A stretch of DNA of 64,000 nt from NCBI RefSeq assembly GCF_021869535.1, contig NW_026262593.1, forward strand, positions 23,498,001-23,562,000, given 5' to 3'. The notes under the pieces were generated by a model, which did no database searches, was not told where the DNA came from, and saw only the letters and a program-made list of their open reading frames with translations. Source of the stretch: Mytilus californianus (lineage: Eukaryota). The position numbers and the translations under genes are program-made. Position 1 is the first letter of the stretch; the number at the start of each line of letters is the position of its first letter. Positions 33,611 through 46,719 of the stretch are shown here, piece by piece.

Positions 33611-35689
33611 GTGGTTTTGCTTTCAGTAAATGCGAGTTCTCTTATTTCGGTGATTTGTTTCTATTGTTTTTATGTTAGTCATTTTATCCCTCTTACCGAT
33701 ATTTTGAGTTAAGCCATTTGCTACTGATTTTTACAGTTCGTTCTTATGTTGTGCCGTACAGTTGCCTGTAATTGCTTACATCTACTTCATTTGAACTCTG
33801 GTGGATAGTTGTCTCATTGGAAATCATACCACATCTTCTTTATTTTATACTATTTGATATAAAGCTAACTTACCTTCGTCCAGAATACGCGGGAAATGTT
33901 TATCACTTGACCTTAAGCAAATAACGACCAATTAAAAAACCCAATACAAATATTAATAATATGACAAATATGCACCGAATAAAGTTATGAAACCTCCACA
34001 TATAACGAAATAGTAACAGCCTTCACATTGTATAATAGTTGTTATTTGTTTAACGCCTAGTGATATACATTTTCTGTGCACTCTAGACGAAAATAAGTTG
34101 ATTATATGCATCTATAAAGGATATGCGTTGCAAAAAGGATCGACCAGGATGAAAGCCTGGAAATTTCACTTCTACTGGAAAAATAAGGTTATCATGGATT
34201 GGTGCCAATATTTTGCCTTGAAACAGGACCCCTTAAAATATTTTGCAGATGTTATGCTAAGGGGCAGAAAACACGATACTTTCCTTATTTGAGGAATCAG
34301 ATTAAACCTTCCCATTTCAACAAGTTGTGGGTGCAAATTTATTCATCCTACACAGCCAAACGGACACCGTGTGAACAAGACTGGTGACCCTCATACGGAG
34401 AAACTGGGACCAATTTCTATACCCATGGGTACCATCAATTTCAAAATATATTTTAATATCCGCTTTCTGGGTGATTAAACGCATAGATGAGTAATTAAAA
34501 AAACATTGCAATTAAAACTTGTCTACTATTTCGTAAACAAAATCTGTTTTAATTGAGGTCAATTTGACCTAAAATGGTTGTGGATATTTTAGATTTTTAT
34601 TTTCATTGCTCCATCTAAAATTATTGCGGAAGAAACATCAATAAACAGCAACCGACCGACAAAAAACATCTACCAGTCACCATACAATCTTCAATAATGG
34701 AACAATGTCTAGCTACTAGTATGTAATATGCACATGTCGCCCAGGGACGACACAAGTTGAGTATAAATCAATCAAAAACTACATTTATATAAAAGATATA
34801 AAGCTGCAATTCTCTCGGGCAATGCTGGCCTTGGTCACATTTTAACTTTTCTACTTTTGCTTTTTCGCGAGTATACCTGACGATTGTTTTCCAGAAACTC
34901 GCGAAATGCACATACGCTTTTTTCTAGGTCCTAGGTCCGAAAATTGAGAAAAGCACTCCGAACACAGATAGGTCTACATGTTTTACGTTAAAAAAAATAA
35001 CCAGTAAATATGTAAATAAACATACATGAAAATATGATTTATAAAATGGACTGTTAAAAGCAATGAAACAATCTTAATTCAATTTTATCTGAGGCAGTTT
35101 CAATCTCAGCTTAGTACAATTATTTTGTACGCATCAGAGTACACACCTGTCGGAACTTAAGTCAAGGATAAAACTGGAAATAAAAGAAGATAAGAAGTGA
35201 ACATGAATAATTCTGATATGATTTGCATATCTACAAACATTTGAATGTGATTGGTCCGTTATATCCCCCTCTTTGATTAACACTCAGATCGACCGTGTTG
35301 CCGAAACTAATTACGTAGCATAATGAAAACACTTGTACGTTGTAGCTACTTATATGTTCTCGTTATATTTCGGACCCACGTAATAAGCGATTATGGGTCG
35401 GTAAACATAACAAATAATTTGGGTTTAGAATTATAAGGATTAAAAATATTTTTCTAAAAGTAATTAATGTCTAAACTTCGACCGAAAGTTTGTGAGTCGG
35501 CAGTCCAGTTCCTCTATAAAAAATATCTCAGCGACTCAACATAAAAAAGGCAGTTCAAAGTATGAAATGGTTTTAGTTTTGGAATAGGGACACAAGGAAT
35601 TAAAAGTGAAAAAAAAATAAGCAACATAATGCATCCTAATATAATCAGGTTGATAATTGAAAGATGAAAACAACACCAAAATATATCAT

Positions 35690-35893
35690 TTTTGAGGGAT
35701 AATGAACAGAAATAATGTATTTGACACCGGTGCTTTATTTAAATGACAAGAACACTGGTGATAGTCCTTGTTGGCCACAACACGAAGTGTCAACACAGGT
35801 CCTGCGCACGCATCTACAGTAACATCTCGTTTTACAATAGGCGCACATGTTGAACCGTCCTCCTGTAGGTCTTGATTGCATGTTAATCCTCTT
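35690..35893 (-). other. Possible coding exon or gene remnant, Cys-containing
   Basis: Acceptor aaatccag; two frames stay open for 55-70 codons; composition is less AT-rich than the flanks. Confidence 0.3.
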
Positions 35894-36569
35894 GACTCCT
35901 GGATTTAAAAATTAGAAGGAAAATACGTTATAAATTTATATACATGAAGTTTTAACGTACTTTTCATATAACCGATAACCTTGGCATTGCCGGGAAGATA
36001 TTTTTTATTAATTATGTTCATTTCGGAATATTTTTTTTTCCAAAGTTGGGGAACTAACTCGGAAGTAAGAAATGTTAAAATTACACCATACATGTAATGT
36101 TTTTCAGTTAATTTTATTTCAAATCAAAATCTTGCCTGTCAGACATAAGATTGAAAGAAAATAATATTTATTCAAAACCTATGTTATGGTTGTTTTTACG
36201 ACTGGTGCAATGGTTGGATCACGGGGTATTATAAATCGGACGAACCTGTTACCTGATGTCAGATTATAAGATAGACAGAAATATTCCATCCTACAAAATT
36301 TCCAATTACAGATAATTTGTGCAAAATAAGTAGTACAGTATGAAGTTTCAGATTTAGAACTAAAATCACCTTTCCAACCAGATGATTTAACTGTTTCTCG
36401 GATTAAAATACACTTTTGATGAGTGCAAATCGGAACCACAATTTTTTAACGGTAGAATAATCAAACTTGGCTATAATGTACCTCTGGGGATAGGTAAAGC
36501 AATACAATTTTTTAAAATAGCTCTCCTGGTTCGTTAATACGAGCAAAAAATTGGCAAAATCGTGTAGGA

Positions 36570-37015
36570 TATTATTTTTAAAAACCCTACAGGATTTCCT
36601 ACAATCATACAGGATATTAAAATCCTACGGGATTTATAATCCCTTAGGACAATAAAAATATCTTACAGGATATATTTTCTTCCTTAGGATTAACAAAATC
36701 CCTTTGGAGAAAAAAAACATTTCCTACAGGATATATTTTGTAATAAAATAGTCCTGTTGGATAAAATATTTCCGATAGGATTAATTAAAGTCCTAAGGGA
36801 TGTCATTACAGAACAAAATCCTGTGGGATAAAATAAAAAAAATCCTAAAGGAGAACAAAAAACCTATGGGAAATTATAACAAATCATAAGGGAGAAAATA
36901 TCCTATGGGAGAACAAAAATCCTATGGGAGAAAGTAATATCCTATGGGAGAAAAAAAATCTTATGGAAGAAAGAAATATCCTATGGGAGAAAAAAATCCT
37001 ATTCGAGAACGAAAC
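36570..37015. repeat. Degenerate minisatellite, about 20 bp
   Basis: Unit approximately aaaatcctatgggaga(a)n. Confidence 0.85.
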
Positions 37016-37159
37016 CTTAGAAAAGAGAATACTTTTTAAATGTTATGATGTTTAGTTAAAGTATTATCTTATTTGACCAAATATCCCCAAAATTTTATGG
37101 TTCAAGAAATGCAAACTTTACTACCAATAACACAAAATTCCCAATAATAGTACTCCAAG

Positions 37160-37670
37160 TATGGAGCTGGGATGTCAGTAACTGCTAATAGTCCTTTGTT
37201 CATTTATGTTTATCTTTGTCATTTGCTTAGTTTCTTCTGTTACCTTTTCTAACATCTTACTCGACTTCTTTTAAATTGAGTTTCACTGTGTGTTTTGATG
37301 TGTGTTTGTTTATTCCACATTGGCTAGAGGTATTATAGGAGGAGGTTTGAGGTCTGAAAAAACTTGTTTAACCCAGCCGCAATTTTGCGCATGTCCCAAG
37401 TCAGGAACGATAATTAAACCTCTAGCCTTTGTTAGTCTTGTGTGTTTCTTTTTTTTAAATTAAGGTTCATTTGTATGTTTCGGAATTTAGTGTGGCGTCC
37501 ATCTCGCTTAACTAGTATACATCATTGTTTAGGGGCCAGCTGAAACCCGCCTCCGGGTGCGGGATTTTCTCGCTGCGATGAAGACCCTTTGGTGGCCCAT
37601 GGCCGTTTTCTGCTTTTTGGTCGGGTTGTTGTCTCTTTGACACATTCCCTGTTTCCATTCTCTATTCTAT
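37160..37670 (+). mobile_element. R2 3' UTR copy with degenerate twister (37322-37427)
   Basis: Colinear with 26430-26925; P5 variant GGCUAGAGGU:ACCUCUAGCC displaced by a short insertion. Confidence 0.8.
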
Positions 37671-38364
37671 ATAATATGAAATTGTTTTTGAGTCTTTGGG
37701 CACGTATTTTTTAAAACAACGTGTAGCAAGTACAGCAGTAATTTTCAACTCTTCAGTGCACCTGTACTCAGCCCTGTTTCTTTACTGAGACGAGACAATA
37801 ACACCATCTAAACAAAAACTTAAACTATGAAAAAATTTAGAAGCAAATTCAAACAAGAACAGTAATGCACATGTTGTTGAGGCTAAGCATACCACCAACT
37901 CATAATTGAAAGTAAGGGCGAGCTGGAAATAGGTCTCGAACAGATCTTTAAGAAATGACATGATGAGTAGGGTTAAGAATGCTTGTTTCTTGGTACGTGG
38001 TACGACTCATAATTTGAATATTTTAAAGTCAAAGTATAACATCCTACAGCTGCTTCAGTAAATTCATGAGAAAAGAGAAAGAGGACATATCAAAAGGGGC
38101 AACGAAAGCTATAAGGCGTAGAAAAAACATAGGACCGAATTATAACGATATAAATCGTTTAATGTCAAGTCATAGTAACAGGGCTATGTCACAGATTTTG
38201 GTAACAGTTTGCATACAACCTTGACTCGTTGAACTTGAACTGAAAATTAAAAAAAAATAACGATTTTATATCTTTTATTTGCTGAAGTATTACTGTTTGA
38301 ATTCTTTCAAAATAGGTGAACATTTGTATAGAAAGTACATAAAATCGATGAAAAATGTTCTTAA

Positions 38365-38830
38365 TAGATATAGAAAGATGTGGTATGAGTGCCAATGAGA
38401 CAACTCTCCATCCAAGTTACAATTTATAAAAGTAAACCATTATAGGTCAAGGTACGGCCTTCAACACGGAGCATTGGCTCACACCGAACAGCAAGCTATA
38501 AAGGGCCCCAAAAAATTACTAGTGTAAAACCATTCAAACGGAAAAACCAACGGTCTAATCTATATAAAAACGAGAAACGAGAAACACGTATGAATTACAT
38601 AAACAGACGACAACTACTGTAATCAGATTCCTGACTTAGGACAAGTGCAAACATTTGCAGCGGGATTAAACGTTTTAATGGAATCAAACCTTCTCCCTTT
38701 TCTGAAACAATAGTATAACATCACAACATAGAAAAACACACTATAAAATATCAATTGGAAGGCTTAACTCAATCAAAAAACTTACATTAACACACACAAT
38801 GAACGAATAAATTTGACCTGTGACACCTGA
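38365..38830 (-). mobile_element. R1 3' end copy
   Basis: Aligns with 3144-3610. Confidence 0.85.
38623..38705 (-). ncRNA. Type-P5 twister ribozyme (R1; apparently intact)
   Basis: RC UCAGA..GGA-GA-AGG..UAA-UCC-CGC-UGCA..UGCA-CUUG-UCCUAAGU-CAGG-A; P2 GGA:UCC covaries with GGU:ACC at 6446. Confidence 0.8.
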
Positions 38831-41037
38831 AAATAATCAACTCTCCAATTTCCAATACATAGATTTTTCTTAAAAAAATAAATGTTGTTTTGATACATTA
38901 ATTTATGGTATTTGGTATTTTGAGAATCTGGTGTTGATGGCATATGTATATTTCTATTAAATTCATTCACATTTTTTTGTCGTTTTTGGATGATTTATAG
39001 CTATACATATTGTATAGACAATTGTCTATATACTATAGAAGAATTTATGTCGAGCACAAAGCAAAATTCGACACGTCATATGCATGTAGGAATTATAAAA
39101 AACCAAAGTTTAAGTTACATCTTGAAAAACATAAACATTTATAAGTTATGTCCTGTGAGAAGCTGATCTTTTGTTTTAAGTGTTTGAGTATGCTAAAATG
39201 AAAGGCTAGCATACAAAATAAAGCTATACACGTACAGAAATATGTTAATGAAAAGAGAATGGAAACGGGGAACGTTTCTAAAAGACAACAACCCGACCAA
39301 AGAGCAGAAAAACAGCCCAATGCTACCAATCATTATGGGTCTTCAACACAACGAGAAAATCCCGCACCCGCAAGCGGGCTTCAGCTGGACGCTAAACAAT
39401 AATGTATATTGCTTTAAGAAAAATGATTAAAAAACATATTACCTCTGTACTGGTAGGTACCTGCAACAATAGTCAACAGAAGAAAAGACACCATGAAACA
39501 TATCATGTGGTTCATTCTAACACAAATGAGAAAAACAATATCTTAATGTTAATATAATGTTTGACAAGCAAACATCAAAATAAAGTGACAAGACATTTCG
39601 AAATTAACTTTTCACATAAGGGTAAATTATACTTGTTTTTGTTTTTGTTCGTGTTAATTGTTATAAATTATTTGCCGAATAGCAATAAATCTACATATAA
39701 AAAAAATTTAATAATCACGCAATATGTTAATGTGCCTGTCCAATGTAATTTTTATTCTCCGATTGCAACGGCAAAAACGGTCAAATTACCGTTTAACTCC
39801 GTCTGTCCGCCATGCTTTTGTGTTTTTTTTTCGCCTTACAACCTGCATACGCCTGGAGTAAACCTATGTTGTTGACTTGCTGTCTGAGTGACGTTTTTAA
39901 ACGCCTCTCTTATTCTATTAATGACATGAAGATTTCTCAATAGATGGTTAACATACTTGTGTATTTATGTTATCATATCTCACCAAGTCAAATAAGCGCT
40001 CCCTCAGCAAGAGTTGTTGTAAATATGAAGGAAAGGAAATGCGTAAGTGCACGGTTCGAAAGTGCCATGATCAACATCAGGCAAATAATTTATCATTAAA
40101 ATCGGTGCTAATGAATATACTGAACTTTTAGATAAGTGTGAGCTATAAATTCCATGTGAAGTCCTCTCTATTTATCTTTGAGATTAGGGGCATCAATCAA
40201 AGGGCGATTCCTTTGCTTTTCCTTTGCTTTGAGTTTAGGCAAGTGCGAGTCGACATTTGTGTAAGGAATATCCTTCTTTCCGAGAAATACTTGCGACTTA
40301 AAATAATATATGAAAGCACGTTCGATAATTCCACAGTAGATAGTGTACATCTTTCAATACTATATAAGAAGCTGGGACTAATAGGCCATGCATAAGTCAC
40401 ATATAAGAAGTGATGAATCGAATTGTCAGTAAATGCACTTTCTGATGGTTGAATTGCTTATATTATTCAGAATTTAATATAGTAACTATGCATACAGATT
40501 TTTAATTTAATTTCAATCTAAGGTTACGTATGCAGAGAAATTATTTGCGTATTTATACAGAAATGTAAGCAAGCTAACATTTTCTCACTATCCTTAGTTT
40601 TACAACCATAATAGAGGACGAAGTCCTAATTACAGAAAATAAATAAGTAAAAATTCATAAAAAAGCAACATACTATTTAAAATCAAAAAGTAACTTTCTA
40701 TGTATTGTCCACTTTTTTTGTTTGTTTCGCATATGCGCAATAATTTCCTTCAGTTTTCGACTTTCTCGGGATTTTTCGTAAAACGTAAAAAGGAGCGTAC
40801 GATTTCCTAATTTTATATTTGATTTCAAAAAAGAATAATGACAATAGTAGTTATATGGACTTTATCCTGTTTCACAGCAAACACCTGCCTCATATTACAA
40901 TAGTATCATATAGATGATGAACCAAATGGTTTAACAAATTATACTTAGATTGGAAATTTTACATTTTTCGTTTTGTTATCAGCTGACAGTTTCTTCTTAC
41001 AGAATAATATTGACTATTTGTTTTGTATATTTCTATT

Positions 41038-41862
41038 TCATGCTTGGTCTCTATATAAATAAATCATTGAGTTATCGCAGATAATAAGTGTTTTTGTTTT
41101 TGTATCATACGATAGCTGTATTTGCTTATCCGTTTCAAACGACATAATAAAACACTGTTTTGCGAAGTCCGAACTAATTTGTTGTACCATTGAGTTGCGA
41201 GACAAATAAATGAACCCTTTTACATCCACAGATACGCTATTATTCGGCAATGGAAACGTATGGTTTTTATCTGAACTCGACATGGTTCTTTGTGAATTTT
41301 CATTTTTTACAAGGTTAAGTTCCATATACGTTTTACTGATAGTGTCCAAACGAAACAACGTATCGCCATGGATACAAACACAATATAATTGCTTCATAAA
41401 TCCTGATTCTAGGATCATTTCTCCTCGTATTTCTGTAACCACATCTAGAATGTCCAGCCTGATATTCAACACAAGAATCCCCTTTTCTTTGCAACTTATA
41501 TAAAGTTTACTCTCGGCGTAAGTTAGTCCACACAAAACATCATCAATACTGGCCTCTTTTATTACACGGTCATGTTTTGCATTAACTGTAATGACTTTAT
41601 TCTTTGACGGCAATGTAGCTGCAACGATATTGTTAGGGATCACTGTCAAAAATCGTGCTATTCCCGGAAGCTGTACACTTTTCCATTGCCGTTCTTTGAT
41701 TTTAAATAATAAAAGTCGTGAAATCTTTGAATCTGCAAGTATATCGTCTTCTGTCAAAAATTTCAAGTCATTTATAGATGAACTGTCAATAATCGGAAGG
41801 GATTTTATAAGCTTGAATGACGATCCGCTGTTAGTCATTTTATGTAATGAGTTTAATGTCAA
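41038..41862 (-). CDS. Uncharacterised beta-propeller-like ORF (NHL/TRIM C-terminal-like; possibly a terminal exon or pseudogene)
   Basis: 274-codon open frame with blade-like repeats (INDLKFL..DILADS, LCGLTYAESKLYISC, VSVDVKGFIYLS); first ATG at MTNSG; upstream acceptor at 41910 is out of frame. Confidence 0.55.
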   Translation of the reverse strand: MTLNSLHKMTNSGSSFKLIKSLPIIDSSSINDLKFLTEDDILADSKISRLLLFKIKERQWKSVQLPGIARFLTVIPNNIVAATLPSKNKVITVNAKHDRVIKEASIDDVLCGLTYAESKLYISCKEKGILVLNIRLDILDVVTEIRGEMILESGFMKQLYCVCIHGDTLFRLDTISKTYMELNLVKNENSQRTMSSSDKNHTFPLPNNSVSVDVKGFIYLSRNSMVQQISSDFAKQCFIMSFETDKQIQLSYDTKTKTLIICDNSMIYLYRDQA

Positions 41863-42734
41863 TCTTCACTTCATAATTAGAACTACATGTAGCTAGTACC
41901 TGAATCTGTCCTGAAAATGCACACTGTTAACTTTTATCTCTGCTCGTCTCCTCAATGTTCCCCCCTGGTTCTATTTTAGTAATTAAGTAACGTTATTGTC
42001 TCATTTCGGTTAAAATTACTTCTTTTTACATACATACATTTAGCGACATTTAAGACCGGTACATTTATTCCAAACTATATTTGCCAAATGATTGAATTTG
42101 ATAAGTAGATGGTTGAAGTGTAGATAAAAGCTCTTTAAAACTGTGATGTAATAATTTTACTTCAGACCATAACCAAAAATGACCAAGTTTAAAGGTTAAA
42201 AGGTAAATCTCAATTTTAAATAGTTACGTATACACAAAACAGTCGGGGCTGTAAATAAAGTCAAGTATAAAGGTTAAAGTTTAAGGTGTTTTGTCATTTA
42301 AGATAAGGTTAGTAGCATAGGCAAAACTTGCTTCAATTATTCTTTTAAAAATACTATAATTGTCAATCTGATGAATACTTACAATTAAGTACTAGAACAT
42401 TAATTGTTCATTCTTATGTCGATATATTTCACATAACATCACAATGCTAACCCAATATAGACTAACTCTTAACGTAATTTTCTTTCGTCTAAATTTGGCT
42501 CTAAAATAATCATTACTATGAACTTTTCTCAGAGCATAGAATAATATATTACCGATATGTGGCATCATCATAAGTCTTTATTTACTTCATAGTTTTGTGT
42601 AGTTTAAAACAAAAAAAAAACATTAGTTTAAACAGAAAGAATTCTGAAACAGCCTAAGGCATCAATCATTAAGATGCTTTATTATTAGATTGACGACATA
42701 TTTGATACTTTTGGAGGAGTTTTTTTTTCTTACA

Positions 42735-43250
42735 AAACAATCGGCTTTCCCATGGGAACCTATAGTGCTCATCTTCTTGTCAACTTGTTCCTTTATACAT
42801 ACGAGGCAGATTTCATAAAAGAGCTTCTCAAAACGAATAAAAAGCTAATATTATCCTTTAACTTCACGTTCCGCTATATAGATAATTACCTCTCTGAATA
42901 ATTCGTTTGGTTCCTAGATTGTACGTATCTATTATTTCCAATTGAACTCGAAATAAAGGATATTAGAGATACAGTTAAGTCTGCCTGATATATTGACTAA
43001 CATCGCCAAATTGACAAGAACCAAGGACGGCGTTGAGAAAAACTTTACAACAAAAAGATGATTTTAGCTTTCCAGTTGTAAGCTTTCAATTTGTATGCAG
43101 CAACATTCGAGCATCGCCTGCATATGGAGTATATATCTCTCAGTTGATAAGATATTCGAGATTTTGCGTTTCCCATCACGATTTTCTTGAAGATTGTTGC
43201 TGCTCATAAAGTAATCTAAGGTTTCTACGTGGCAAAGTTTAAATCATCCC
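42735..43250 (+). pseudogene. Penelope-like RT remnant
   Basis: IGFPMGTYSAHLLVNLFLYTYEADF...FRYIDN...PIELEIKD...DDFSFPVV...PAYGVYISQLIRYSR, with stops and frameshifts. Confidence 0.88.
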
Positions 43251-45664
43251 TCTTCTGTTAAAACGTTGATAATGGAGTGACTGATTCAGGAGTGAGCACA
43301 GGGGATGTACACCCTTTTCCGTAAGATTTTGTTGTAATAAGATTTAAAAAAGTAAACAACAATTGAACTTGCAACGGACATAAATATTATAAACCAAAAT
43401 AGAATTGTATAACATTTTCCCATAATTATTTATATCGAAAATAGGAGAAGATATCTCAAGAGGATGATTAAAAACAAATAAATCGAAGAAGAATATACGA
43501 CGTTATGACCAAAAGAGGGGAAAAGACAAACAACCAAACTATCCGCAAAACACTTCATGGAACAACACAAACACTTAAATAACCCGAGAAAAAACTCAGG
43601 TGCACCGGATGATTCAGCAGTTTTTGATCAAGTAGCAAAGCTTATTGTGTTACTCCGGTTAACATCCGTTGATAAGTCACTACCGGTGATAAGGCATTAT
43701 GCAAAAGCACATTAGTAAATATCTCTTGGTTAAGACATTAAGAAATAATTGAATTACTATAAAAAGAAACAAGATTCAAATATTTAAAAAAAAATATAAT
43801 CCGATTTTTTCTTTAATCAGCTTTAACAATTGTTCTTTTTTGCATCATAATTTGCATGGTGTGTCTATTCAAATCTCCAGAGTTAAACAAAAGTAGTAAA
43901 CACGTTTAGTTATTTTAATATTTGTTTACTTTATAAGCAGCATTAAAATATAGATTTAGGTAACAGTAGTGTACCGATGTTCTAGTCTCATAAATCGATT
44001 AATAAGGCATATCAAGGTAAAAAAACAAAAACTGAGATAATTGCATGAACCCCAAAAGGAGCGATAGCGGGAGCGTCGAAAGGGTTAGCGTTTCCTGTTA
44101 TGAAAGCATTACCCGTCATGCAAATCCAATATCCTGGTATCTAAAGATAAAAAATGAGATTTTTTTTGCTAGTGAGTTCAGAATCGGAGATATCTAATCG
44201 GTCAAACAATTTATTTGTGAAGGTGACCGCCAAACTTATGTATCGTCGATTCTAGTCATTTTACCTCGTCACTCTGATGGAGATTTTTTTTTGTATTGAA
44301 AACACTCCTTTCTTTTCCTCGACATTTTCTGGCACTCTACAAATACAAAAAGTAATATAAAGAGCTATTATTTTAGTAATTAATTAATATATTTGGCTCA
44401 TCGTCTTTGGGTTTTGATATTATCTAACATTTTATGTTGTTTGTTTTCCAGACTATTCGTTCCAGATGTTTCAGATGAGGGATATTTCACAGACACGTTT
44501 TGTGATGTGCAAGGAATTGGTATCATATCAAACATAATTATATATTATAAGTTATATATTGTATTTTAATTGCTTTGATATTCACTGAATTTTGAAATCC
44601 GCTAAATACAGTTCTGGAGAAAATTGATAAAAATACTCTGCATTCCGGAAAAAAAGTACATTGAGATTTATAGTACAGGAACACACTCGTAGTAGTTTGA
44701 ATAATTGTCTCGCTATTTAAAACAATTGTACATTATAATTGATCCAGGAAAAAAAATAAAAACTAGTTCCAATTTAAATCCAATTATTTAACTTTCTTAT
44801 TGTCTTCTATAAACACTGACACGAGAAAGGATGATTTGTCATTCATCAATGGCACGGTATTTGACTAATTATGGGGATTGGTAAGAGTTACTGGAACGAT
44901 TCCGATGTTTACATTTTCGAAATAGTATTTAATTAATTGATTTTAGTTTATTTGTCTATAAATTGAAAAAATAAGATTTACCTCTATATTTTGTATTTGG
45001 AAGGATACAAGCGACATAGAGAAATTAGTAAGTTGTTTTTACATGTTTTTAAAAACTAATTGTTGGAGATATTTAACTGTGTACATATAAATATATGGAA
45101 CCTTTGCATTTCTAAACCAAACAAATTCGTAACACGTGCAGTAACTGTCACAGAGACAGTAGGAAACCCTTTTGAAGTCAATATTTTGCTGTGTGAAAAC
45201 CCCTAAATGATGACAATCATAAAATGAAATAAAAGTAAGAAATTGCCGTTGGATACTACAAGAATGTCTGTGACCTTCTGGTTGAAATAAGTTCATTGTG
45301 CAAGGAAGGATATAAAATAGAAAGTGCGAATGGATAAAAATAACCATGAGACAAACGCACAAAACGCTTACTATACTGTTCTGTTTTAAGAATGTGTAAG
45401 TGGTTGATAAATTTATATACATATTTGTTTTATTTCATTTATTTTTTTTTGGGGGGGGGAGGGGAGAGGGGGTGTATACATGTATATAGAACAAGAGGGT
45501 TATTCTGTTTAATATAATGTGTGTGAATATTTAAAGCGAATCTTACCAAATTTGCCATGACTTATGATCTTTTCTGCATCTAATTTTCGTCTGGATCAAA
45601 AACATTAAAAAACAAATATCAAACCAATATGAGTTTAATTTTTCCGATAATGTTGCAATATATC

Positions 45665-45972
45665 TTTTTATGCCCCACCTACAATAGTAGAGGGACATTA
45701 TGTTTTCTGTTCTATGCGTCCGTTCTTTCGTTCGTCCGTTCGTTCGTTCGTTCGTCCGTCTGTTCCGCTTCAGGTAAAAGTTTTTGGTCAAGGTAGTTTT
45801 TGATGAAGTTGAAGTCCAATCAATTTGAAACTAAGTACACATGTTTCCTATGATATGATCTTTCTAATTTTAATGCCAAATTAGAGTTTTGACCCCAATT
45901 TCACGGTCCACTAAACATAGAAAATGATAGTGTGAGTGGGGCATCCGTGTACTATGGACACATTCTTGTTTT
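45665..45972 (+). mobile_element. Helentron-associated non-autonomous element (HINE/DINE-like)
   Basis: 5' TTTTTATGCCCC, (TTCG)n microsatellite, 3' GGGGCATC plus gtgt..gacac stem, T-rich flanks. Confidence 0.8.
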
Positions 45973-46719
45973 AAAAGAAAAAAGTTTTCGAATGGAAGTT
46001 GTACATCATACCAATGCCAAAAACCTTTCCGAAAACATATATCTTAAAAAGATTTCCAGCTACACGAAACCATCTAAACTATTAAAAATTCCAATAGACC
46101 GTACACGAAAGTGAAGAATAATAACATAAACAGGTATATTGAATTTTAATTCTTTACAGAGATCAATAAAAGATCATTAAATAAACCTTAGTTTACTCAG
46201 CATAATTGCGTCCCTTCATCAAAGTGAATTTAATGAAACATCGGAAATGATTTTATTTCATATCAAGATTGATTGAATCTTAATTGTCGATGGACTATCC
46301 TATTTACACAAAGCAAACGCAAACATATACAAAGCATTTCATCGACGCAGTTATTATCGTAAATACATTCTAAATTACATTCATTTCATATAAAAAATAC
46401 CTTTTGTTAATTCTGAAACATCCATGATTGACTTATTGCAACCTTTATAATATTTATTTTGTTTTCGGTCATTTATTTTTTTTAATTTAAAGCTGTTTAC
46501 TGAATATTGGATTCAATCTATTTGTTTTGTTTCATTCTTTAGCATGATTGCTTGATCAGTTGTCAAACTGTACCGATTGACTTTCAATCTAGTAACGGGA
46601 ACGCTGCATATAAGTAATGCTCGTCACAGAATTTAAACTTATTTCAAATATTGTTATTACAGCAACACTGTGAGTCAACATATTCAACTGAAACTGAAAA
46701 ATTGTAAAATAAAAAGAAG

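Noticed and set aside
42940-43000. In-frame TGA in the RT remnant as selenocysteine (KSA*YID)
   Set aside because: The position corresponds to a Ser motif (SASYLD), not Cys, and the copy is otherwise degenerate.
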